Shown: positions 26,894 through 36,292, numbered from the stretch's first letter. The stretch: DNA of 64,000 bases from Candidatus Saccharimonadia bacterium (GCA_041907025.1 JAYRIB010000004.1:1223-65222); one strand, 5' to 3'. Translations and numbers: made by a program. Notes: a model not told the origin generated them from the letters alone.

Positions 26894-28393
26894 CTACATA
26901 CGGTATTGTAGTGCTTCACTGAAGTGAGGGAGTTGAATGTGTTTACTATCGTCAAGGTCGGCGATCGTGCGGCTTACCTTAAGCACACGCATGTAAGAGC
27001 GGGCGGAGAGTCGTAGCTGGTTAATGGCCTGATCGGCTAGGCTCTGGGTTTTGTCGTCAAGCGCACAGACGCTTTTAATGTCCTGATTACTAAGCTGACT
27101 GTTCTCTACGGCTTTACCATTGGACTTAGATCGATCAAGCTGGGTGGCTCTGGCGCAGGCAACTCGCTTAGCTATCGCCCTAGTCGACTCGCCAGGGTTC
27201 TGCTGTAATAATTCGCTCGATGGCATACGGCCAACATGGACCTTGATATCTATTCGATCCAGAAGCGGGCCAGATACTTTGTGCTGGTAGCGGTTGATCT
27301 GAACAGGTGTGCATTGGCACGAGGTGAGTGGGTCGCCAGCGTAACCACATGGACAAGGGTTCTGGGTGGCGACAAGCATGAAACTGGCAGGGAATCGATA
27401 GGTGGCGGTGGCCCGTGCAATGCTGACAGCCTTGTCCTCGAGAGGTTGGCGCAATACTTCGAGTGCACTACGGGGAAACTCGGGTAACTCATCAAGAAAG
27501 AGGATGCCGCGATGAGCTAGGCTGATTTCGCCCGGCTTTGGCCATTGCCCGCCGCCAGTTAGGGCAATGTTGCTCGAGGTATGGTGAGGGGAACGAAACG
27601 GACGACTGGTCACCAGCGTGTCACCTGTTTCGGCGCAGAGGCCGTGGATGCGCGTTACCTCGATCATTTCCTCATAGCTGAGGCCGGGTAAAATGCCGGC
27701 GATCGCCTTGGCAAGCAGTGTCTTGCCTGATCCAGGCGGGCCACTAAAGAGAATATTGTGTCCACCTGCTGCAGCTATCTCGGCAGCCCGCTTGGCTTGC
27801 TCTTGACCGTAAACCTCGGCAAAATCAACTGTTGGTGCGGGCGGAGCTGCTTTGGCGGGCTGCTTGGTGAGGGGAGCAATGGTCAATTCGCCAATAAGGT
27901 GCTTGTAGAGCTGCAAAAGGCTCTCGACTGGGTAAATGCTTACATTGGGGACTAGCGTGGCCTGAGCGGCGTTGTGAGCAGGCACATAGAGGTTCGTTAT
28001 GCCCTGTTCGGCAGCGGCTTGGGCTACTGCCAGACAGCCCGGAACTGGCCGTGTACTGCCGTTAAGGGCAAGTTCGCCGTAGAACATGCTTTGGGAGGTG
28101 AGTGGTTCAATCTGGCCCGAGGAAACCAAGATGCCAATTGCGATGCCGAGGTCGAAGGCGCTACCATTCTTGGGTAGATCGGCTGGCGCGAGGTTTACGG
28201 TGATACGCTTTGGCGGGAAGGTGAGTCCGGAGTTCTTGATAGCACTGCGTACACGCTCTTTCGATTCTTCGATCGCTTTGTTGGCGAGCCCAACAACGAC
28301 GAAGCCAGGGAGACCGTTACTCATGTCGGTTTCGATATCAATGAGTTGCGGTGTAAGGCCTAAGTGGGTGACGCTTTGGGTGTTGGCTAACAT
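26894..28393 (-). CDS. comM: YifB/ComM-family Mg-chelatase-like AAA+ ATPase
   Basis: Lon-like N-domain (VVGLANKAIEESKERVRSAI), Walker A GPPGSGKT, and sensor/arginine-finger regions typical of ComM. Start at MLANTQS after GGAGGA; the ORF extends to 28444. Confidence 0.8.
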   Translation of the reverse strand: MLANTQSVTHLGLTPQLIDIETDMSNGLPGFVVVGLANKAIEESKERVRSAIKNSGLTFPPKRITVNLAPADLPKNGSAFDLGIAIGILVSSGQIEPLTSQSMFYGELALNGSTRPVPGCLAVAQAAAEQGITNLYVPAHNAAQATLVPNVSIYPVESLLQLYKHLIGELTIAPLTKQPAKAAPPAPTVDFAEVYGQEQAKRAAEIAAAGGHNILFSGPPGSGKTLLAKAIAGILPGLSYEEMIEVTRIHGLCAETGDTLVTSRPFRSPHHTSSNIALTGGGQWPKPGEISLAHRGILFLDELPEFPRSALEVLRQPLEDKAVSIARATATYRFPASFMLVATQNPCPCGYAGDPLTSCQCTPVQINRYQHKVSGPLLDRIDIKVHVGRMPSSELLQQNPGESTRAIAKRVACARATQLDRSKSNGKAVENSQLSNQDIKSVCALDDKTQSLADQAINQLRLSARSYMRVLKVSRTIADLDDSKHIQLPHFSEALQYRM

Positions 28394-28453
28394 AAACTGT
28401 CCTCCTGTTTCTTGGAGGATAACGAATACAAACCGAACTGTCAACCATGGGCG

Positions 28454-29566
28454 TTATGGGGTGGCGTACCAACGTGCGGCGGACTCTGGCGGAATGGTGT
28501 TGATCATGATGCCTGTTGCAACTTCGAGTCCGCCGAGGGGGCTGACAACGTCGCGACCGTAGACGCGTAAGACCCAGCTTTGGTTCTTGCTGACGCCTTC
28601 TTCGATGAAGAAGTTGTAGTTTATAGCTGAGGAGTTCAGCTTTCGTAGTAATATTAGCAACGATTTAGCAATCTCGGCAATTTCCTTAGGCGTAGCTTCG
28701 GAAAAACTTTGCATATGGCGCTTTGGTATTAACCAAGCCTCGAGCGGCCAGCCCGATGCGTAGGGTGCAAATGCTAGGACCGATGCGTTGTCGGCAATGA
28801 TGCGCTGCTGCTGTTTAGTCTCGTAGGCGATAATGTCTTGGTATGGGTTGGATTTCTTGCGGGTAACATAGTCATCAACCACCTTGGCTCTAGCTGCAAA
28901 GCGGGGCGGGATAATCGGCAAGGCAAATATTTGTGTATGCGCGTGGGCGAGCGAAGCACCCGCATGGTGGCCATCGTTCTTAAAGACCTGTACGTATTTG
29001 ATGTGTTCTAGCCCGCTCAGAGCGTGCAAACGCTGTTGATAGACTCTGAGGACGTCTTGCATTGATTCGGGGCTCAGACGGCCTGGAGGCGTGTTGCTGA
29101 GCGGTGTGTCCACTACGAGTTCTTGGCTACCGTATGATTTGGGTGTGGTCAGCGAAATGGCCGGGAACTTGTTGGCTACCACGCGGACAGGCCAGCCGCC
29201 AAGGGGAGATTGGAGGCTGTCGATGAGCTCTTGGTCGTCCAGGTGTGGGCTGGAGGCAGTTTCGATTAGCGGATGGTCATTACCGCGGAAGTCAAACGGC
29301 CGGTTATGTCGCTTTGGTGCAATAATGGCGTATTCATCGTAGATGTAGTCTCGACGGATTTCTGCTTCGGCCGAAGAATCACCGAAGTTCAGGGTGGAGG
29401 CTGATGGTTTCTCTACTGGTTGGCCTGGGGAGGTGCTGACGTGATTGCCTGCGAGCTCGGCATGGGGCTGCGTGGCTGCATCTATCTCACCCACGGTTGC
29501 TGGGTTAGCAAGATTGGTTTTATGAAATGAATGCGCTTGTTTGCTCTGCACTGTTCCGCCCGACAT
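28454..29566 (-). CDS. GalT-like hexose-1-phosphate uridylyltransferase (HIT superfamily branch III) with a low-complexity N-terminal extension
   Basis: VANKFPA motif and HAHTQIFALP (HxHxQ active-site motif), with the two-half GalT architecture. Confidence 0.5.
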   Translation of the reverse strand: MSGGTVQSKQAHSFHKTNLANPATVGEIDAATQPHAELAGNHVSTSPGQPVEKPSASTLNFGDSSAEAEIRRDYIYDEYAIIAPKRHNRPFDFRGNDHPLIETASSPHLDDQELIDSLQSPLGGWPVRVVANKFPAISLTTPKSYGSQELVVDTPLSNTPPGRLSPESMQDVLRVYQQRLHALSGLEHIKYVQVFKNDGHHAGASLAHAHTQIFALPIIPPRFAARAKVVDDYVTRKKSNPYQDIIAYETKQQQRIIADNASVLAFAPYASGWPLEAWLIPKRHMQSFSEATPKEIAEIAKSLLILLRKLNSSAINYNFFIEEGVSKNQSWVLRVYGRDVVSPLGGLEVATGIMINTIPPESAARWYATP

Positions 29567-29615
29567 AGTTATTAATCCCTATAATAGCAGTATTACGCTT
29601 ATGGCAAAAGTAGGA

Positions 29616-30872
29616 CTAGCTATGGCGACGGTGCTTGGCAGCTTGATGGTAGAGTTCAATGAGGTGCTTGGCTTGGTTCTCGGCTGAGTAACTGTGGGCG
29701 AGCTTGTGGCTTTCGGCCCCGAACTTCTTTTGTAAGTCTGGGCGCTCGATCAATCGAATACACTTGGCAGCAAAGTCCTTAGGGTTATTCTTGGCATGAA
29801 AGCCGTTTTTGTTGTTCTTGGTGAGCTCGGAGATTTTGTCATCAACAAAGATAACTGGTTTGCTTTGAGCGCAAGCCTCGTTGATGACCAGGCCCTGTGT
29901 GTCGGTAATAGAAGGGAATACAAAGCTGGTACAGCTTTGTAATGCACCCATAACCTCGGCGCGATTCAGAGTGCCAGCAAATAACACTGCCTGGTCAACA
30001 TTGAGCGACTCGGCGATGTCGGTGAGGCGCTCAGTTTCTTCCTCGCCCGGGCCTGCTAAGACGAGCTTGGTCGCAGGCTCTTTGCTAAGAATATGAGGCA
30101 GGGCGCGCACAAGCAGCTCAAGGTTCTTTTCTTCACCGATTCGCCCCAGATAGAGTAGGATCGGGCTGGCAGGGTCAAGTCCAAACCGATCGTGGATGTT
30201 GTAGGTGGTGGTTAGCTCGGTTTCGCTCCAATCAATGCCCGTTGGCAAAATGGCGAGTGGGGCTGGTGTGTGGTATCGCTTGAGGAGGCGTTCGATTTTG
30301 CGCGATGGGGTGATGACGAGGTCGAAGTTTTGGTGAAAGGCATTGAGCGTCTCGCGGATCAGCTTGCTGCTCCAGCTGGCGTCGCTGGTATCATTGCGCA
30401 TGCCAGCTATACGGTCCCGCAAGCCGACGGGAGCATTAAGGATAAGAGGGCCGAATACGGCACCAATTACGAAGCCGCCCAATATACGCTTGTACACTTT
30501 GGCGTATTGTTCGATGTCGGTGTGGTAGGTAGTTACGAGTGGGATGTTGTCGGCAATGCCTATGCGCGCGCCCATGAAGCCGATGGGGGTGGGGGTGTGA
30601 ACGTGAATAATATCGAGGTTGAGTGAGCGTATGAGTCGAGCATTGGCAGGCGTCCAGGGCATGGTGTCGCGGTGCGAGGGGTGGAAGATGCTGCGGACTG
30701 AGCGAAAGCGAATGATGTTGGCTGGTTCGTGAGCAATCTTCTTAGCTGGAGCAGGGCAAAAGATGAATACTTCGTGGCCAAGCTTCTCAAGTTCGCGGGC
30801 AAAGATGTCGACCGAAACCCCCACCCCGTCCACAAGCGGGTAGTAGCGGTCAGTAAAGAAGCCAATTCTCAT
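29616..30872 (-). CDS. GT4-family glycosyltransferase
   Basis: EEKNLELLVRAL...LVLAGPGEE...FVFPSITDTQGLVINEACAQSKPVI. Confidence 0.75.
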   Translation of the reverse strand: MRIGFFTDRYYPLVDGVGVSVDIFARELEKLGHEVFIFCPAPAKKIAHEPANIIRFRSVRSIFHPSHRDTMPWTPANARLIRSLNLDIIHVHTPTPIGFMGARIGIADNIPLVTTYHTDIEQYAKVYKRILGGFVIGAVFGPLILNAPVGLRDRIAGMRNDTSDASWSSKLIRETLNAFHQNFDLVITPSRKIERLLKRYHTPAPLAILPTGIDWSETELTTTYNIHDRFGLDPASPILLYLGRIGEEKNLELLVRALPHILSKEPATKLVLAGPGEEETERLTDIAESLNVDQAVLFAGTLNRAEVMGALQSCTSFVFPSITDTQGLVINEACAQSKPVIFVDDKISELTKNNKNGFHAKNNPKDFAAKCIRLIERPDLQKKFGAESHKLAHSYSAENQAKHLIELYHQAAKHRRHS

Positions 30873-32044
30873 CTCTGTACCTGTTGGTAGATGGCTTCAT
30901 AGTTATCAAACATGACGTCGGTAGAGTGGTGGGCTTTGACAATTTCAAGGCTTTGCTTGCCGAATGCTGTTCTTTTTACATCATCACGCAACAGATCAAC
31001 CACGCGCTTGGCGAGCTCTTGGTAGCTGTTCTCGCGGAAAAGATAGCCATTTTCGCCATCGTGCACCAACTCTTTGAGAGCAGCAACATCGACCGAGACC
31101 ACTGGCTTGGCCGTAGCCATGGCTTCTAGGGTAACAATGCTTTGCAGCTCGGCCGGTGAGCTGATGACGAACATGTCGCAGAGGTTATAGAACAGCGGCT
31201 TGTCGGCCTCATCGATATAGCCGGTGAACGTTACATTGGCGCTGACGTGGAGGCTGCTGGCTAATTGTTTGAGGTTGTCCATTTCCTTGCCAAAACCGAC
31301 AATGAGCAAGTGGCACTTAATGTTGCGCAGGATCTCCGGCATGGCACGCAAGATAATGTCGAGGCGCTTTTCGCCGTCGACGCGGCCCAGATAGAGCAAG
31401 ATGGGTAGGTCTGGTAGTTTGTACTTGTGCTTGAGCTCCTTGGCGTCGAGCCCGGCCTTGAAGACAGCCATGTCGATGCCGTTACTGATAGGCTTGAGTG
31501 GCTTTGTCACGCCGAACTTCTTGAGGAAGTCAGTAGCAGTTGGGGTGGGTGAGGTCACGAAGTCGCAGCGGTTATGGAACCAGACCAAGTAGCGCCAGAC
31601 CAGCTTATAGAGCACGTTGTATAAGAATTTAGTCCACTTCAGGTTTAGCAGGATGTTTTCAGGCATGAGGTGGTTGGTGGCCACAATTGGGATACCATGT
31701 TTGCGAGCGTAACGTTGGGCGGTGAGGCCAAGCAGACTGGGGTTGTGAATGTGAATGACATCTGGCTTGGTGGCCTGGAAGATCTTTTTAGTGTGCAGGC
31801 TTGGCCAAAAGCTGACCTTGTATTTGCGGTTAAACAGCAAAGTGATCGCTCGCTCGCGGTAGATGGTAGTATCGCCATCGACCTCTTGGTAGTTACTAAA
31901 GTCCTTAGCTGGCGCCCAGATCGACACCTTGTGACCCTTGGCGGCCATACCCAGGGCCAGGCGTCGCTCAAACAATGCACCGCCATCAGCGTTGGGCCAA
32001 TACGATTCAGTTACGAGCAGGATGTTCATAGAATTCATTATCAT
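30869..32044 (-). CDS. GT4-family glycosyltransferase
   Basis: GEKRLDIILRAMPEIL...LLIVGFGKE...FVISSPAELQSIVTLEAMATAKPVVSVDVAALKELVHDGENGYLF. Confidence 0.75.
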   Translation of the reverse strand: MIMNSMNILLVTESYWPNADGGALFERRLALGMAAKGHKVSIWAPAKDFSNYQEVDGDTTIYRERAITLLFNRKYKVSFWPSLHTKKIFQATKPDVIHIHNPSLLGLTAQRYARKHGIPIVATNHLMPENILLNLKWTKFLYNVLYKLVWRYLVWFHNRCDFVTSPTPTATDFLKKFGVTKPLKPISNGIDMAVFKAGLDAKELKHKYKLPDLPILLYLGRVDGEKRLDIILRAMPEILRNIKCHLLIVGFGKEMDNLKQLASSLHVSANVTFTGYIDEADKPLFYNLCDMFVISSPAELQSIVTLEAMATAKPVVSVDVAALKELVHDGENGYLFRENSYQELAKRVVDLLRDDVKRTAFGKQSLEIVKAHHSTDVMFDNYEAIYQQVQR

Positions 32045-32146
32045 TGTTTTTTTGCCCTTTGCCTAGTCCTAGAAGTCTCTTTTTGCCGGAAATACAGTCA
32101 ACTAGGCTGGTAAAAAGCGTAAGAATAGTGTATAGTAGGTGGTCTT

Positions 32147-32524
32147 GGGGCTGACCAGCTTCGACGTTGGATTCTTGACATATAACTGCAAGCCGCCTGA
32201 TCGACGTTACAGATCAATCACAATAAGTGCAAACACTTTTGTTAGCAAAGTAAAAGCTGCTTTTAGCATGCCAAGCTTTGCGCCAGCTTACGCCTAAAAA
32301 CGTTCGCCGCCTATTGCGCCTGACATCAGATGAAGCGCAGGGCGTCACAGTATCTGGTTGCTTAGCTATCGTTCTATCCGGTAGCTCCTAAGACGCAGAA
32401 TAGAGGAGTGATGAGTATGTTTGGCTCGCTTTAAGTGCCTGTACCTCCCAAAACAACCACCAAGCAAGCTAAGCTTGTAGTACGTTATAGAGACAGACTA
32501 GCGGACCAGGGTGCGATTCCCTGC
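32147..32524 (+). ncRNA. ssrA: tmRNA (SsrA)
   Basis: 5' GGGGCUGACCAGCUUCGACG matches the tmRNA 5' consensus GGGGCUGAUUCUGGAUUCGACG. The 3' end GGACCAGGGUGCGAUUCCCUGCAGCUCCACCA is the tRNA-like T-arm/acceptor/CCA. Candidate tag ORF GCA AAC ... GCC TAA at 32229-32297 (ANTFVSKVKAAFSMPSFAPAYA*); its frame is uncertain. TATAGT -10 at 32131-32136. Confidence 0.8.
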
Positions 32525-32542
32525 AGCTCCACCAAAGCTCTT

Positions 32543-32567
32543 ATGCTTAGAAGACCAGGTTAAATGC
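32543..32567 (+). terminator. intrinsic terminator after ssrA
   Basis: ACCAGG ttaaatg CCTGGT followed by TTTTTTG. Confidence 0.6.
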
Positions 32568-32867
32568 CTGGTTTTTTGTATTATAAACAGAGAGAGGGTA
32601 GATGCACTTGCTGCTATTCTCGCCATACTATAAGGACAACGACAGGAAGCACCTTGCCAGAAGGGGGCATGATGGTTACAGGAGGAAAACTCTATTCATT
32701 TGGTATGACGTCATGCTACAATCGTGCCATCAGTTAAGTATTGTACTGCTGAAGATCCTTATACCCTTTGAGAGCGGCGTCTTGTGTTTATTTCGCCCAT
32801 AAGACGCCGCTCTCAACAAAAGTTGAGCTACCTCATCGGTAGTTTCTACGGCAAAGGAGCTATTTCC

Positions 32868-33407
32868 ATGCAAGGTGATTCGCAAACCGAGGTCGTAGCA
32901 ATCGACCTCAGCAAGCCGTGGCAGGTCGTCGAGATGACGGCCGAAGAGTTCCTGCTTCGTATGGCAGCGATCGGTCCGTACAAGGACATCAACCTGGTCG
33001 GCTCGTTTGCCGATCCTGATGACCAGGCAGCCCGCACCGCTCACCGCGACAAGGACCTGCCCTGGCATCGCGACGGCATCGAGAGCCAGGCCATCAAGGA
33101 CATGCAGGGCGGCAGGTACATCACGGCGCCGAACGTGGACGTGGTTGGGATGTACTGCCTCCGCGACAACCGAGAGCCCGGGTCGGACGTCCGCACACCG
33201 TGCTACACGGTGCTCGCGGAAGCCGCGCCCGATGCTGACCCGTACGACGACTCCCAGTTCGCGATCGTGGCCGAGGTTGATCTGCGACCGGGTCAGGCAC
33301 TCATCTGGGACAACCGTCTCTGGCATCGACGCCATGGGCCGGTCGGCAGTCGGGTGAACATCCGCTTCTGGTCGACCTGCCCTGCGCTGTACGAGGTCCG
33401 GCCATGA
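32868..33407 (+). CDS. Fe(II)/2-oxoglutarate dioxygenase-like protein (TauD/TfdA-like motifs), high-GC gene
   Basis: LPWHRDG (HxD) and C-terminal ALIWDNRLWHRRHGPVGSRVNIRF, which resembles TauD WDNR..H.A......R.M.R. Third-position GC is very high and AAAGGAG lies 7 nt upstream. The ORF extends to 32784 through low-GC non-coding-looking sequence. Confidence 0.4.
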   Translation: MQGDSQTEVVAIDLSKPWQVVEMTAEEFLLRMAAIGPYKDINLVGSFADPDDQAARTAHRDKDLPWHRDGIESQAIKDMQGGRYITAPNVDVVGMYCLRDNREPGSDVRTPCYTVLAEAAPDADPYDDSQFAIVAEVDLRPGQALIWDNRLWHRRHGPVGSRVNIRFWSTCPALYEVRP

Positions 33408-33934
33408 TCTTGCCGGAAGGAGCGGCGGTCGTAGGATGTCGACGCTGTGGTGTCGACATCTTCCAGGAGGAAGGTGGGAAGTGGGCAACAGTTGCCTACC
33501 CCATTGCCGACCCTTATGACTGTGAGGGGGGCGCACATGCTCCTGCGGGCAGCCTCTTCGAGCTCGGCCCGTTCGCTCTTCCTGATGGGCGTGTGACGGG
33601 CTTCAAGATCGAGTGCGATCTCGTGGAGCTGGAATCGTGGGCGGCTCTCGCCCGGGTTGCGGCTGAGCTCCTGGATCCGTTCGGTGCCGTCGAGGGCGTA
33701 CCCCGAGGCGGGGTGGCGTTCGCGGAGGCGCTTGAGCCGTACATCGATCCTTCGAGCAAGACGCTCCTGATCGCCGATGACGTGTGGGTCAGCGGCACTT
33801 CGATGGAGCGCCACCGAGCTGGCCGAGACGCCTTTGGCGTTGTGGCCTTCGCTCGGAACCCCGTGGCGCAGTGGGTCAAGTCGATCCTCTCCCTCAACCC
33901 CGAGGCTGAGGCAGCCACATACCGGCTTCAATAG
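33404..33934 (+). CDS. Zn-ribbon plus phosphoribosyltransferase-domain protein (ComF/PRTase-like), high-GC gene
   Basis: N-terminal CRRCG...DCEGG; PRTase motifs VEGVPRGGVAFAEALE and KTLLIADDVWVSGTSM. ATGA overlap with the upstream gene. Confidence 0.4.
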   Translation: MILPEGAAVVGCRRCGVDIFQEEGGKWATVAYPIADPYDCEGGAHAPAGSLFELGPFALPDGRVTGFKIECDLVELESWAALARVAAELLDPFGAVEGVPRGGVAFAEALEPYIDPSSKTLLIADDVWVSGTSMERHRAGRDAFGVVAFARNPVAQWVKSILSLNPEAEAATYRLQ

Positions 33935-34289
33935 CTCAACAACGTTAACCATCGTCGGCATATGTTGTATGGGTTACCGCGATACACAGTCTGGGTTCGT
34001 GCGACCACAATCGCACTGACCTGCCAGTCCGCATGGACCGTCTACTGGAGCGTCATTCCAGGGCTCGATTGAAGGATCGAGCCACTACCCAAGTGCATAA
34101 TCCAGTGATTATGAGTTTAGGTGGTATAGTGCTAATCCCTCACGTTACTCAACCCAGCTGTGTACCTAGAGTAGGGGGTAGCTAGAATCTCCCTCCATCG
34201 ACCTGATTCAGCCATTAGTTCGTGCCACAAAAAACGTACCCGCTCCACCAAAAGGGATTTTCGTGACTCACAAAGATCTTTGTTTGCTG

Positions 34290-34847
34290 TTAGCCCGAGG
34301 GAGTAGTGATTCTGGCCTGTATTGTCTTGTCTACGAAGTGCAAAGTCTTGGCCTTGTTATGTTCAAGAGTGGCCGCCCACTTGATTGCTTCAAGCTTGTT
34401 AATCTCCGAGCGTTCGGCATCTGACAGGCAGTTATGTGCTACGGCAAAGCCAATGTGGTAATTATCTCCATATACCTCACGGAATAAGTATTCAGCTCTT
34501 TGGGCGTGAAACTGGCTTGTGACTACAACAATGCTTTCCCAGCAGTTGGCTTCAACAATCTTTTTGGTGTAGATTGCGTTCTCGTAGGTACTTTTAGATT
34601 TATTCTCAATCAGGATCTTTGCGGGAGGAAAGCCCTGTAATACTGCGTAATCTGCCATCGCTTGGGCCTCTGACTTTTTAGGAGTGTATGAGTGGATGTG
34701 TGCAACATTACCAGACATTACTAGTTGTTTAGCCCCCACCTCCTTATAAAGCTGAATTCCTGTGCGAACTCGACTAGCCCCTTCTTCTGGAAGAGTACCG
34801 TCTGGTCTGACATCAAAGCCAAGAATGATCACTGCGTCATACGTCAT
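34290..34847 (-). CDS. DUF218 (YdcF/SanA/ElyC-like) protein
   Basis: AVIILGFDVRPDG...LVMSGNVAHI...SEAQAMADYAVLQGFPPAKILIENKSKSTYENAIYTKKIV...IVVVTSQFHAQRA follows the DUF218 pattern. GC is native-like. Confidence 0.55.
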   Translation of the reverse strand: MTYDAVIILGFDVRPDGTLPEEGASRVRTGIQLYKEVGAKQLVMSGNVAHIHSYTPKKSEAQAMADYAVLQGFPPAKILIENKSKSTYENAIYTKKIVEANCWESIVVVTSQFHAQRAEYLFREVYGDNYHIGFAVAHNCLSDAERSEINKLEAIKWAATLEHNKAKTLHFVDKTIQARITTPSG

Positions 34848-34999
34848 ATGATTAGTATAACTTATGCAGACATAATAATAGTCATGCTTGGGTGGAATCT
34901 TGAGATATACCTACAATCTGTTATTATAGGCTCTGAACCTTTACTCAACCAATTCCAACCTGCTGGCTCCCGCCGGCCCAATCGCCCAGGGGGCAAGAT

Positions 35000-36052
35000 A
35001 TGGCAGTTTCAACTCGTCAGCACAAGTCTGGCGCAGAGCAACGCAAGTACGTGCTGCAAAAGCCGTACACCATCAAGGGTCGCGATGAGAGGCCAGATAG
35101 GGTGGTCGGCTCCGTTGTGACGGACTCTGACTTCAGCAAGGGCGACATCGTGCCCTGGCTGCTCACGGCAGAGGAAGACAGGAAGCGTGTGCACGGACTA
35201 CGTCGGTCCACCGGACAGGCGAGCTGGTGGGAATACCCCATCTTCCGCGGACTCATCACCCTGATCGGTCGCGTGTTGATCAAGCGCGTCTTCGTCGATC
35301 AGCACAAGATCCCCGGCGGCTTGGGCTTCTATCCGAAGTTCTACCGTCGTGGCCGGCTTTCATCCAAGGCTGGTCGCTGCGAGTTCACCTTCATTGCGGC
35401 GCCTACTCACGCCGATGAGCGGGACATCCTGATCACAGGGTCGTTGGCTCGGCCCTTGGTCTGGACCTGCAAGCCATGGTTTTGCTCTGGCCCCATGTGG
35501 TTGGCTTTGCTCAACCACTACAACGGTGCCTTGCCTATCTTTCGGCCTCAGATCGACGGTATTTACCATCCCAAGAAGAACACACTGGCAATGATCCATC
35601 ATCACCAGATGCGCTCGCATAGGGGTTCGGAAGCTCTCGACATCGTCACGGCACGTCTCTTGGAGGGTAACTCCGCTGAGTTCTTCATCGAAGGGACCAG
35701 GCTTGGGGCTAGTGAGGTCTCATCTGGCTTCTTTGGTGCAATCAGGGTCTCTCGAAGGACAGGTGTTCCGATTCTTCCAATCGCCATCGTCGGCGTGTCG
35801 GAAGGTGATCCGGTGGTTCGCCCGGGATTGTTGCCCTGGCGCCGGGTGGTCCTTGCGGTTGTTTGCAAGCCAATCTACCCGGTTGGATTCGTGGGTACTG
35901 ACGAGGAATGCGAGCAAGCCATGATGGCTGCTTGGACCGGCGCCGTCAACGAAGGGCGTGCCAGGGGTCGAGAGTTGGTTTTGCAGCACGGCCGCCATAG
36001 GGGCGTTGTGCCGCCCAAGCGGACCAAGCCCGCTGAATCGGCTGAGGGGTAG
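35000..36052 (+). CDS. PlsC/LPLAT-family acyltransferase, high-GC gene
   Basis: HxxxxD motif APTHADERD and motif III FFIEGTRLG. Very high third-position GC in a low-GC flank. Confidence 0.45.
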   Translation: MAVSTRQHKSGAEQRKYVLQKPYTIKGRDERPDRVVGSVVTDSDFSKGDIVPWLLTAEEDRKRVHGLRRSTGQASWWEYPIFRGLITLIGRVLIKRVFVDQHKIPGGLGFYPKFYRRGRLSSKAGRCEFTFIAAPTHADERDILITGSLARPLVWTCKPWFCSGPMWLALLNHYNGALPIFRPQIDGIYHPKKNTLAMIHHHQMRSHRGSEALDIVTARLLEGNSAEFFIEGTRLGASEVSSGFFGAIRVSRRTGVPILPIAIVGVSEGDPVVRPGLLPWRRVVLAVVCKPIYPVGFVGTDEECEQAMMAAWTGAVNEGRARGRELVLQHGRHRGVVPPKRTKPAESAEG

Positions 36053-36099
36053 TAGTAAAGAGGTGGTGTGATGGGTGGATTGGGCCCATCACACCACAT

Positions 36100-36126
36100 G
36101 GCCTAGCACTATGCTAGGCCTCTTTT
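36100..36126 (+). terminator. intrinsic terminator after the acyltransferase gene
   Basis: Perfect hairpin GGCCTAGCA cta TGCTAGGCC plus TCTTTT. It is preceded by a second perfect 11-bp inverted repeat, GGTGTGATGGG...CCCATCACACC, at 36063-36093. Confidence 0.65.
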
Positions 36127-36292
36127 ATTAGTGTTATTTCCCGACGCCGTTCGCACGGGTTAAGCATCTAGAGTAGAGGCGTAGTTGATCGTATAGAGGT
36201 TGAGTACACCCCTACTAAAGACTCGGATTGCCTTCGGCCTCCTTGAAGTAGTATCATATACGTAAGAGGAATGAAACAATGGGCGGTACAGT

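Noticed and set aside
32730-33961. Minus-strand ORFs 32730..33536 (268 aa), 33293..33961 (222 aa), 33514..33918 (134 aa) and the plus-strand alternative frame 33007..33357
   Set aside because: They lie antisense to, or out of frame with, the high-GC cassette. High-GC DNA generates long stop-free antisense frames, and only the plus-strand frames show the strong GC3 bias and recognisable motifs.
35009-36099. Numerous 60-90 aa ORFs on both strands inside the PlsC-like gene
   Set aside because: Same GC-driven artefact; none has an RBS or a motif.
32525-36130. Classical tmRNA-targeting genomic island (integrase plus duplicated ssrA 3' end)
   Set aside because: I searched both strands for a tyrosine-recombinase gene and for a repeat of GATTCCCTGCAGCTCCACCA downstream and found neither. 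The foreign-looking genes therefore appear as cargo without recognisable mobility machinery.
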